Assembly (NCBI GenBank): GCA_031459385.1
Contig: JAVKIP010000001.1
Span: 288,001 to 352,000, forward strand
From: Candidatus Fervidifonticultor secundus
Lineage (GTDB): Bacteria; Sysuimicrobiota; Sysuimicrobiia; Sysuimicrobiales; Humicultoraceae
Length of the DNA: 64,000 nt
Direction of reading: 5' to 3'
Shown: in pieces, positions 56,240 through 64,000 of the stretch
Layout of the letters: the number at the start of each line of letters is the position of its first letter
Numbering within the stretch: the stretch's first letter is position 1
Position numbers and translations under genes: made by a program
The notes under the pieces: model-generated
Told to the model about the DNA's origin: nothing
Database searches by the model: none
Seen by the model: only the letters and a program-made list of their open reading frames with translations

Positions 56240-57823
56240 ATGAGGACGCGAGGGATCCTGATCCTGATGGTGGGGGCAGCGCTGCTGCTGCCGCTGGCGG
56301 CCGGCGCCCAGGTGGACCGGCCGCTGGTGTACGCGCAGAACGTGCCGGTCACGGCCATGGACACCGCCGGCACGTCCATCGGCACCGTCTACCCCGCCGG
56401 GTACGAGGCGATGTTCCTCGTTTACGACAACCTGGTGGGCTTCAACGACCGGATGCAGATCGTCCCGCAGCTCGCCACCGAGTGGTCCACGGCGCGTGAC
56501 GGACTGACCTGGACGTTCCGGCTGCGGCGTGGGGTCGTGTTCCACGACGGGACGCCCTTTGACGCCGATGCGGCCGTCTTCCACCTGCAGCGGCAGATCG
56601 ACCCCCAGGTGAACCGCTCGAACCGGCCGCTGTGGGACCCCATCGCCAGCGTGCGCAAGGTGGACGACTTCACCGTGGCCATCACGACCCACAAGCCCTA
56701 CGGCGCGCTGCTCAACACCCTGGCCCACGGCTCGGGCGGCGTGGTCAGCCCCACGGCCGTGCGGCGGTTGGGCGCCGCTTTCGCGCGGCAGCCGGTGGGT
56801 ACCGGGCCCTACGCGGTCGAGCGTCTCGAGACCGGCACCGAGCTGGTGCTGCGCCGCAACGACAGCTACTGGGGCGGCCGGCCGGGCTACAGCCGCATCG
56901 TGCTGCGGCACGTCCCAGACCCCACGACCCGCATCGCGCTGCTGCAGTCCGGGCAGGCCGACGTCATCAACGCGATCCCGCCGGAGAACGTGGCGCAGCT
57001 CCAGGGGAACCCGGCCATCGAGGTGATCGCCCGGCCGGCCCTGCGGACGTTCGGCTTCGCCTTCAACCTGAACCGGCGGTTCTTCCAGGACGTCAAGGTG
57101 CGCCACGCGTTCAACTACGCCGTGAACCGGGGGCCGGTCATCACGGCGATCTTCAAGGGCTACGCCACGCCCATCGACTCGCCGCTGTCGCCGTTCACCT
57201 CCGGGTACGTGCCGATCGCGCCCTGGCCGTACGACGTCGAGCGGGCGAAGCAGCTGCTGGCCGAGGCCGGGTGGCGGCCGGGCCCCGACGGGGTGGTGCG
57301 CAAGGATGGGCAGCCCTTCGAGATCACCATCCTCACGCCCATCGGGATGCTACCCAAGGACATCGAGGTCACGCAGGCATTCCAGGACTTCCTGCGCGTC
57401 ATCGGCGTGCGCGCGACGATCAACCGGGTCGAGCCGGCGGCGTTCTGGGACTTCCTGCGCGTGCCGCCTGACCGGCTGGCGTGGGACATGGTGCTGTTCG
57501 GCTTCAACCCGTCCAACGGCGACGGCGGCTACCACCTGACGTCGCTCTTCGAGAGCAACCCGTCGCGCGGCGGTCCGCCCAAGGTGTGGAACTTCACCTG
57601 GTATGCCAACCCCAGGGTGGACGAGCTGCTGAACCAGGCCGACCAGACCGTGGACCAGGCCAAGCGGCGGGAGCTGCTGGGGCAGGCGGCGCGCCTGGTG
57701 TGGCAGGACGCGCCCTACGTCTGGCTCTACGCCGAGAACGTCATCGTCGCCAGGCGGCGGGACGTGAAGAACGTCGAGGTCTGGCCCGTGGTCTTCACCA
57801 TCCTGCGCAACGCGCGGCCCTAG
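56240..57823 (+). CDS. ABC transporter substrate-binding protein, family 5 (Dpp/Opp)
   Basis: Signal peptide, LATEW, FRLRRGVVFHDGTP, PVGTGPY, VRHAFNYAVNR. Confidence 0.93.
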   Translation: MRTRGILILMVGAALLLPLAAGAQVDRPLVYAQNVPVTAMDTAGTSIGTVYPAGYEAMFLVYDNLVGFNDRMQIVPQLATEWSTARDGLTWTFRLRRGVVFHDGTPFDADAAVFHLQRQIDPQVNRSNRPLWDPIASVRKVDDFTVAITTHKPYGALLNTLAHGSGGVVSPTAVRRLGAAFARQPVGTGPYAVERLETGTELVLRRNDSYWGGRPGYSRIVLRHVPDPTTRIALLQSGQADVINAIPPENVAQLQGNPAIEVIARPALRTFGFAFNLNRRFFQDVKVRHAFNYAVNRGPVITAIFKGYATPIDSPLSPFTSGYVPIAPWPYDVERAKQLLAEAGWRPGPDGVVRKDGQPFEITILTPIGMLPKDIEVTQAFQDFLRVIGVRATINRVEPAAFWDFLRVPPDRLAWDMVLFGFNPSNGDGGYHLTSLFESNPSRGGPPKVWNFTWYANPRVDELLNQADQTVDQAKRRELLGQAARLVWQDAPYVWLYAENVIVARRRDVKNVEVWPVVFTILRNARP

Positions 57824-57900
57824 CGCCCCTGCGGGCCGCGGACGTGGGGCCGGGCGCGGGCAGCCGCCCCGGCCCCGCGCCGGTCCGTCCGTCGCACGCG

Positions 57901-58821
57901 GTGGTCCTGTACACCCTCCGCCGCCTGGCGCTGCTGGCACCGCAGGCGCTGGGCATCGTGACGCTGGTCTTCATCGTGTTCCGTCTGGTGCCGGGCGACC
58001 CGGCACTGCTCGTGGCCGGTCCCCACGCGACGGCCGAGCAAGTCGAGGCGATCCGCCGCGACCTGGGCCTGCACCGTCCGCTCTGGCAGCAGTACCTGGG
58101 CTTTCTCGCCGATCTCCTCCGCGGGGACCTGGGCACCTCGGTGAGCCTGCACCAGCCGGTGACCGAGGTGGTCGCCGCGCGCGCGGGGCCCACCCTGGCG
58201 CTGATGCTGGCCAGCCTGCTCCTTACCGTGATCCTGGCGGTTCCGGCAGGCCTGGCTGCGGCCGTGCGCCCGCACGGGACGCTCGCCCAGGTCCTCATGG
58301 GGGCGTCGATCCTGGCGCTCTCCATCCCCAACTTCCTGATCGGCATGCTCCTGATGCAGGTGCTGGCGGTCTCCTGGCGACTGCTGCCGGCGGCCGGCAC
58401 CGGCGGTGGCGCGTTCCTGGTGATGCCGACGCTGGCCGTGGCCGCGCGTCTGGTGGCGCTGGTGAGCCGCACCACCCAGGCCAGCGTCCTCGAGATCCTG
58501 GGCGAGGAGTTCGTGCGCACGGCGCGCGCCAAGGGGCTCGCAGCCCGCGCCGTACTCTACCGGCACGCCCTGCGGCCCGCGCTGGTGCCTATCCTCACCA
58601 TGATCGGCCTGCAGGCCGGCTACCTGCTCGGCGGCTCCGTCGTGGTCGAGACCCTCTTCGCCTACCAGGGGCTCGGGCAGGCGATGATCACGGCGGTCGG
58701 GCTGCGCGACTACTTCCTGGTGCAAGGTGTGACGCTCGTCTACGTCGTCGGCTTCCTGCTGGTGAACCTGGTCGTGGACCTGTCGTATGCGGCCGTCGAC
58801 CCGCGAATCAGATACGCTTAG
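57901..58821 (+). CDS. Dpp/Opp ABC permease (DppB-like)
   Basis: PGDPA, GDLGTS, EFVRTARAKGL, VVETLF, VDPRI. Confidence 0.92.
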   Translation: MVLYTLRRLALLAPQALGIVTLVFIVFRLVPGDPALLVAGPHATAEQVEAIRRDLGLHRPLWQQYLGFLADLLRGDLGTSVSLHQPVTEVVAARAGPTLALMLASLLLTVILAVPAGLAAAVRPHGTLAQVLMGASILALSIPNFLIGMLLMQVLAVSWRLLPAAGTGGGAFLVMPTLAVAARLVALVSRTTQASVLEILGEEFVRTARAKGLAARAVLYRHALRPALVPILTMIGLQAGYLLGGSVVVETLFAYQGLGQAMITAVGLRDYFLVQGVTLVYVVGFLLVNLVVDLSYAAVDPRIRYA

Positions 58822-59695
58822 CCCGGCGCCTGGGGCCGGGGCCCGCCCGGCCTCGGCGCTGGCGCGGCGCGCGCGGCGCCTGGTGCGCGTACCCGGCGTG
58901 GCCCTGGGCCTGCTGCTCGTCGCCGCCTACGTGGTGATGGGGCTCTGCGCGCCCTGGCTGGCGCCCCGCGATCCCAACGCGCAGGACCTCCTGGCCGCGC
59001 TGCAGCCGCCGTCGCCCGCGCACTGGTTCGGCACCGACGACCTGGGCCGCGACCTGGCCAGCCGCGTCGTCGTGGCGTCGCGCACCGACCTGACCATCGT
59101 GCTGCTGGGGTTGGCCCTGTCGCTCGTCATCGCCCTGCCCGTCGGCCTGGTGGCCGGCGCCGTGGGCGGCCGCACCGACCGCGTGCTGCTGGCGGTGTTC
59201 GACGCCGCGCTCACGGTGCCGTCGCTGGTGCTGGCAGTGGTGCTGGTGAGCCTGCTGGGCGTGGGGCTGCAGAGCGTGATCCTGGCCGTGGGCGTCACCA
59301 CGGCGCCGGCCCTGGCGCGCCTGGTGCGCGGTCTCGTGCTGACCATCGTGAGCAGCGAGTACGTCGAGGCCGCCCGGGCCCTGGGCGCCACCACGGCGCG
59401 CCTGATCGTGCGGCACGTGCTGCCGAACATCGCCGGCCGCGTCGCCGTCTACGCCACGCTCACCGGCAGCCATGCCATGCTCACGGTGACGGCGCTGGGT
59501 TTCCTGGGGCTCGGCGTGCAGCCGCCCGCGCCCGAGTGGGGGAACATGCTGGCCACGACGCGCACCTACCTGGCCACCGCGCCCTGGCTGCTGGCCGCTC
59601 CGGGCGCCGCCATCGTGCTCTTCATCCTGGGGCTGAACCTGCTAGGCGACGGGTTGCGGGATCTGCTGGACCCGAAGCTGCTGTGGCGGCCGTGA
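58787..59695 (+). CDS. Dpp/Opp ABC permease (DppC-like)
   Basis: HWFGTDDLGRD, EYVEAARALG, HVLPN, LGFLGLG, EWG, GDGLRDLLDP; start uncertain. Confidence 0.9.
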   Translation: MRPSTRESDTLSPAPGAGARPASALARRARRLVRVPGVALGLLLVAAYVVMGLCAPWLAPRDPNAQDLLAALQPPSPAHWFGTDDLGRDLASRVVVASRTDLTIVLLGLALSLVIALPVGLVAGAVGGRTDRVLLAVFDAALTVPSLVLAVVLVSLLGVGLQSVILAVGVTTAPALARLVRGLVLTIVSSEYVEAARALGATTARLIVRHVLPNIAGRVAVYATLTGSHAMLTVTALGFLGLGVQPPAPEWGNMLATTRTYLATAPWLLAAPGAAIVLFILGLNLLGDGLRDLLDPKLLWRP

Positions 59696-59719
59696 GGCAG
59701 CCCGGGGGGTCGTAGCCCC

Positions 59720-60892
59720 TCAGAGATACTCGGCCAAGAACGGCGTCTTCGTCAGGACCTCGGGCGCACCGTCGGTGACCACGGCCACGTCCTCCAGGTG
59801 CCCGCCGCCCACGCCGGGGAGCAGAATGCCCGGTTCCAGCGCCACGACCATCCCCGCCTCGAGACGCTGGGGCGGACGGTGCCCGGTGACCTTCTCGCCG
59901 ATGGTGGGCGCTTCGTGGAGGTCGGTGCCCAGACCGTGCCCCAGGATGCCGAAGTAGGTGTGGTCTTCGTATCCCCACCGCCTGGCGACCTGGGCTGCGG
60001 CCTCCACCACCTCGGTCGTCAGCACGCCCGCCCGCAGCCTGTCCACGCCGGCCTGCAGCATCTGGTAGACCGCCCGGTAGACCTGACGCTGCTCGGGGGT
60101 CGGGGTGCCGGCGAACGCGATGCGTGCGATGTCCCCGTTGTACCCGTTGACGATGGCAGCGCCGCAGTCGATACGCACCATCTCCCCGTAGCGGATCCGT
60201 TTGGTGGTCGGGAAGCGGTACCCGTAGACGGCGTGGTCGCCCGAGGCGACCAGCGGGTAGTACGGAATGTCTTCGGAACCGGCCAGCATCATGGCGGTGG
60301 CGGCCGCGGCCGATACCTCCAGCTCGGTCACCCCTGGGCGCACGGCTGCCAGCGCGGCCTGCATGCCCAGGTCGGCGACCTCGGCAGCCTCCCGCAGCAT
60401 CGCGATCTCCAGCGGATGCTTGATCTTCCTGGCGTCGTCGATGGCGTCGAGGCCGTCGACGAACTGCACGTCGGGGAGGGCACGCTCGAGGTGCCTGAGG
60501 GCACCCACGGGCAGGAGGTCGACGCCGATGCGCCCGCGCACCCGGCAGCGCCGGACGGCGTCAGCGATCAACGGCACGCCGTCGGCGAAGACGAAGGGGA
60601 ACGGCACGGGCTCGGCAATCCACGGCATCGTCCGCCTCACGCGCTCCATATCCCCGCTGGCGACGAAAAACGTCACCTGGCCGTCGGCGGTCAGCAGCAC
60701 GGCATAGCGCGTGCCGTGGAACCACATGCTGTAGATAGGGCGAAAGCTGGTGACGTAGCGAATGGCATCCAGCTTGGTGTACAGGACCGCAGCCAGGTCA
60801 TGGGCGCCCATGGCCGCCGTCAACCGCGCGGTGCGGTAGGCGCGGAGGGCGTCCCACGCGGGGCCAGCGTACCAGTCAGCGGTCACTGCCAT
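59720..60892 (-). CDS. M24 family (Xaa-Pro aminopeptidase/creatinase-like) hydrolase
   Basis: IDCG, GYNGDIAR, HGLGTDLHEAP, LEPG, EDV metal-ligand set; ATG 60892 after GAGGAG. Confidence 0.9.
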   Translation of the reverse strand: MAVTADWYAGPAWDALRAYRTARLTAAMGAHDLAAVLYTKLDAIRYVTSFRPIYSMWFHGTRYAVLLTADGQVTFFVASGDMERVRRTMPWIAEPVPFPFVFADGVPLIADAVRRCRVRGRIGVDLLPVGALRHLERALPDVQFVDGLDAIDDARKIKHPLEIAMLREAAEVADLGMQAALAAVRPGVTELEVSAAAATAMMLAGSEDIPYYPLVASGDHAVYGYRFPTTKRIRYGEMVRIDCGAAIVNGYNGDIARIAFAGTPTPEQRQVYRAVYQMLQAGVDRLRAGVLTTEVVEAAAQVARRWGYEDHTYFGILGHGLGTDLHEAPTIGEKVTGHRPPQRLEAGMVVALEPGILLPGVGGGHLEDVAVVTDGAPEVLTKTPFLAEYL

Positions 60893-61745
60893 GGGCGTCT
60901 CCTCGGGCCACCGGGGCCGCGTCTCGTGCGCGGTAGAAGTACCCGGGGAACCGTCGCACCGCGTCCACGTCGATTTCGGCATACAGGATGCCCTCGTCCT
61001 CGTCGAGGGTTTGGACGAACCCGTCGGTGGTGTTGATGCCGCCAGGTTTGGTGCGGAACCAGTGGGCCAGGTCGGTCAGGGTCTCCACAGGAGGCGGGAC
61101 GCAGACGGTCGTGTATCCGCCGGCGCGCGGGAATCGCTGGCCGATGGAGCCATCAGGGCCGCGCAGCAGCAGCGAACAGGCAGCGATGTCGACACCCACG
61201 ACCGGTTTCCCGTATTCGAGGTGGCGGCCGATGACGGTGGCGGGATAGGCGGCCCCAAGTGCAAACCACCAGGACGGGTTGAAGATGATATCCACCCGGT
61301 CCGCGACCAGCGCGCGGATGCCCTCGGTGAAGAACGCGAAGTCCGAGCAGATGACGGCGCCCAGGCGGCCGATGGGGGTGGCGAAGACGTGGAAGCCGCG
61401 ACCCGGAACCACGCCCCCGTCGATCTCCCCCTGCGTGGGGAAGTTCTTGCGCTGGCGGCCGATGAGGTGCCCGTCGGGGCCGATGAAGGTGGCGGTGTTG
61501 TGCCACCGCTCGCGCGTCCCCTCGATGAGCCCTGCCACGACGTAGACGCCCAGCCGCCGGGCGGCGCGCCGGAGCTCGTCCTCGCCGACGCGGGGGTAGA
61601 GTTCGGGGAAACAGGCGCACTGGGCCCCGGCCCGCGCCGCGTCCTCCAGGAGCGCCACGGCGTGGGCCACATCCGCGCCGCTCCACAGGTCGTCGAACTC
61701 CACGGACACCGGCCGGGCCTGAATGGCAGCAACGACAACCTTCAC
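60876..61745 (-). CDS. Carbon-nitrogen hydrolase (nitrilase superfamily)
   Basis: FPE, RK, ICSD (Glu-Lys-Cys triad), EGILYAEID. Confidence 0.88.
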   Translation of the reverse strand: MKVVVAAIQARPVSVEFDDLWSGADVAHAVALLEDAARAGAQCACFPELYPRVGEDELRRAARRLGVYVVAGLIEGTRERWHNTATFIGPDGHLIGRQRKNFPTQGEIDGGVVPGRGFHVFATPIGRLGAVICSDFAFFTEGIRALVADRVDIIFNPSWWFALGAAYPATVIGRHLEYGKPVVGVDIAACSLLLRGPDGSIGQRFPRAGGYTTVCVPPPVETLTDLAHWFRTKPGGINTTDGFVQTLDEDEGILYAEIDVDAVRRFPGYFYRARDAAPVARGDAHGSDR

Positions 61746-62647
61746 GGGTGGCCACCTCCCCGGAGTCTCGGATCCATGGCTTCCCGGAGCCCGTCACCCA
61801 GCAGGTTGAACCCCAGCACGCTCAGCATGATGGCCAGGCCGGGAAACAGGACGAGCCACGGTGCAATGGTCATGTACTGCCTGCCCCTGCTGATCATGCC
61901 ACCCCACGACGGGGCGGGCGGCTGGGGGCCCAGGCCGAGGAACGAGAGGCCGGCCTCGACCAGGATGACGATGGACAGGTTCAGAGTCGCGGCGATGACC
62001 ACGGGCGGCAGGATGTTGGGCAGGATGTGCACCGCAACGATGCGCCGCGCCGCCGCACCCAGCGCCGCAGCGGCCTGGACGTATTCCAGCGTCTTCGTAG
62101 TCAGGGTGACGCTCCGCGCCAGCACCGCGAACTGTGGCATCGTCAGGAGGGCGATAGTGAGCACCAGATTGGTGAGGCTGGGCCCCAGGGCGGCCACGAC
62201 GGCCACTGCCAGGAGGAGTGGTGGAAAGGCGAACAGGACGTCGAACAGACGCATGGCGATCAGGTCCACCGTGCCGCCGGCAAATCCAATTGCCGTGCCC
62301 AGCGGCACTCCCACGGCGACGGCCAAGGAAACAGCACCCAGCGCCGCGGCCAGCGAGGTGCGGGCGCCGTGGATCACGCGACTTGCGATGTCGCGCCCCA
62401 GTTCGTCGGTGCCGAATGGGAATCTCGTGGACGGTGGGCGGATCTCGAAGCCGGGGTGCAACGCTGTGGGGCCGTAGGGGGCCAGCGCGGGCGCCAGCAG
62501 CGCGACGAGCATCACGCTCAGGACGACGGCCGCGCCTGCCAGCGCCGACCAGTTGCGTCTCAGCCGCCGCCACGCCGAGGCGCGGTACGATGGTGCGCCG
62601 GTGGAGGGCGATGGGAGTGGCCGGGCGGCGGCCCCACGGCTAGCCAT
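61742..62647 (-). CDS. Dpp/Opp ABC permease (DppC-like)
   Basis: FGTDELGRD, HILPN, EAGLSFLGLG, SWG, GDGLRE. Confidence 0.92.
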   Translation of the reverse strand: MASRGAAARPLPSPSTGAPSYRASAWRRLRRNWSALAGAAVVLSVMLVALLAPALAPYGPTALHPGFEIRPPSTRFPFGTDELGRDIASRVIHGARTSLAAALGAVSLAVAVGVPLGTAIGFAGGTVDLIAMRLFDVLFAFPPLLLAVAVVAALGPSLTNLVLTIALLTMPQFAVLARSVTLTTKTLEYVQAAAALGAAARRIVAVHILPNILPPVVIAATLNLSIVILVEAGLSFLGLGPQPPAPSWGGMISRGRQYMTIAPWLVLFPGLAIMLSVLGFNLLGDGLREAMDPRLRGGGHP

Positions 62648-63590
62648 AGACGATGCGGGGATCCACCAGACGGTACAGCAGGTCGATGGCCAGGTTGAGG
62701 AGCACGGCGTTGACCGTGAGGAATAGCACGGTTCCCTGAATCATGGTGTAGTCACGCTGGTAGATGGCGTTGACCACCAGCCGCCCCACGCCGGGCAGGG
62801 CGAACACCTCTTCGATGATCACTGCGCCGCCGATGAGGGCCACGAACTGGAGGCCGGTGACGGCAATCACCGGGATCAGGGCGTTGGTCAGGGCGTGGCG
62901 GAACAGCACACGATGTTCCGTCACGCCTTTGGCGCGGGCTGTACGGACGTAGTCCTGCGCCAGCGCTTCCAGCATGCTGGCACGCGTGTGTCGCAGCAGG
63001 ATGGCTGAAACGGCAATCCCCAGGGCCAGCGCCGGTGGAAGCATGTGGCCCACGCTGGCCAGGGGTGCTTCGTGGAAGGGAATGTAGCCAAGGGTCGATA
63101 CGGCGGGCAGGTACCGTGCGCCGAGGACGATGAGGACCGTCCCCATGAAGAACGCCGGTGTCGAAATGAACAGCAGGGACGTCAGCCGGACGACGTGCGC
63201 CCACAGCCCGACCACGGGTGTGGCGGACAGGACGCCCAGGGGCACGCCCACCACGACGGCAATGGTCATGGCCATCACCGTCAGCTGGATGGTGACGGGG
63301 TACGCGCGGCGGATCTCTGCGGCCACGGAGCCCCCGTGGACGAGAGAGCGACCCAGATCGCCCTGGAGGACGGCCGCCACCCAGTGCAGGTACTGCACGG
63401 CCAGCGGCCTGTCGAGGTGCAGGGCCTGGATCAGCGCTTGCCGGTTCTGCTCGTTCTGGCTGGCCGTGATGCCCAGCAGGACCGTCACCAGATCGCCGGG
63501 GATCAGGTGGACGACCGAGAACGAGACCACCGAAACTCCCAGGAGCGTGGGGAGGAGCAGGGCGACGCGCTTGGCGACATAGGCCTGCAT
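62640..63590 (-). CDS. Dpp/Opp ABC permease (DppB-like)
   Basis: IPGD, GDLGRS, DYVRTARAKG, IEEVFALPGVG, RDY, DPRI. Confidence 0.93.
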   Translation of the reverse strand: MQAYVAKRVALLLPTLLGVSVVSFSVVHLIPGDLVTVLLGITASQNEQNRQALIQALHLDRPLAVQYLHWVAAVLQGDLGRSLVHGGSVAAEIRRAYPVTIQLTVMAMTIAVVVGVPLGVLSATPVVGLWAHVVRLTSLLFISTPAFFMGTVLIVLGARYLPAVSTLGYIPFHEAPLASVGHMLPPALALGIAVSAILLRHTRASMLEALAQDYVRTARAKGVTEHRVLFRHALTNALIPVIAVTGLQFVALIGGAVIIEEVFALPGVGRLVVNAIYQRDYTMIQGTVLFLTVNAVLLNLAIDLLYRLVDPRIVYG

Positions 63591-63602
63591 GGAGACCGGG
63601 CG

Positions 63603-64000
63603 CTACCTGTCCAGCCACACCGTCTTGAAGAACTGTCGGCTGCGACTGCCCGGTTGCGCCCCGGGGAGGGACACATACCCCTTGACGAAGTCGCGCACCA
63701 GTTCCACCGCCCCCGAGGCGTAGATGTAGAGCATGTAGGCCTGGTCGGCGACGTAGCGCTGCAACTGCTGGTAGATGGCGACGCGCCTGTCGCGGTCGAG
63801 GGTGGTGCGGCCCTGCTCGAGCAGCTGGTCGACGTAGGGATCGCGGAACTTGCCGAGGTTGATGGCCGAGTCGCTGTGGTAGATGTCGTACACGTGGGCG
63901 TCGGGGTCGGGTTGCCAGACCGTGGGGATCATGCTCATGCCGTCGTAGGTGGTGCGCACGAACGCGGTGAGCAGCGCCCCCCACTCGCCCTGCCGGAGGG
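63603..64000 (-). CDS. Family 5 ABC substrate-binding protein, C-terminal part (5' end outside window)
   Basis: PDPD, DPYVDQLLEQGRTTLDRDRRVAIYQQLQ, FKTVWL. Confidence 0.85.
   Translation of the reverse strand, partial: LRQGEWGALLTAFVRTTYDGMSMIPTVWQPDPDAHVYDIYHSDSAINLGKFRDPYVDQLLEQGRTTLDRDRRVAIYQQLQRYVADQAYMLYIYASGAVELVRDFVKGYVSLPGAQPGSRSRQFFKTVWLDR

Noticed and set aside
58805..58825. Possible ACG start for the DppC-like permease
   Set aside because: In-frame canonical starts exist at 58787 (ATG) and 58883 (GTG), so a non-canonical start is not needed.
1..64000. CRISPR arrays, tRNA/rRNA genes, riboswitches, intact IS or prophage
   Set aside because: None recognisable by eye; intergenic gaps are short. 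A covariance-model scan would be needed to exclude small RNAs.

Overview
Very GC-rich bacterial chromosomal window, densely coding, with no rRNA, tRNA, CRISPR array or intact mobile element that I can support. It is a mosaic of catabolic modules. (1) A minus-strand LuxR-type regulator missed by the ORF track (1-1167; two tandem N-terminal repeats plus a pseudo-receiver domain), divergent from a GcvT-family dimethylglycine/sarcosine dehydrogenase-like gene. (2) An IclR-linked 11-gene operon (3852-15843) with a TauABC-like transporter and CoA-thioester enzymes whose canonical catalytic residues appear replaced. (3) An aminophosphonate locus (17261-29964) with a PhnS2T2U2-like transporter, phnW, pbfA and LysR but no phnX, phnA or C-P lyase. 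In their place are an aldehyde dehydrogenase, a two-subunit CoA-transferase, a citrate-synthase-fold enzyme with a remodelled active site and a histidine phosphatase. This is the best candidate for an undescribed system: a CoA-dependent C-P cleavage route. (4) Housekeeping-type genes (pckA, pfkA, PHP phosphatase, MFS, ABC-2 exporter, CBS/CorC protein). (5) A GntR-TRAP-DapA-like-hydantoinase A/B-FAH-SDR cluster. (6) A GntR-linked SIS / DUF4392 / D-cysteine desulfhydrase-like / peptide ABC cluster. (7) A partial peptide ABC-nitrilase-M24 cluster. All calls come from motif recognition by eye; no database searches were run.
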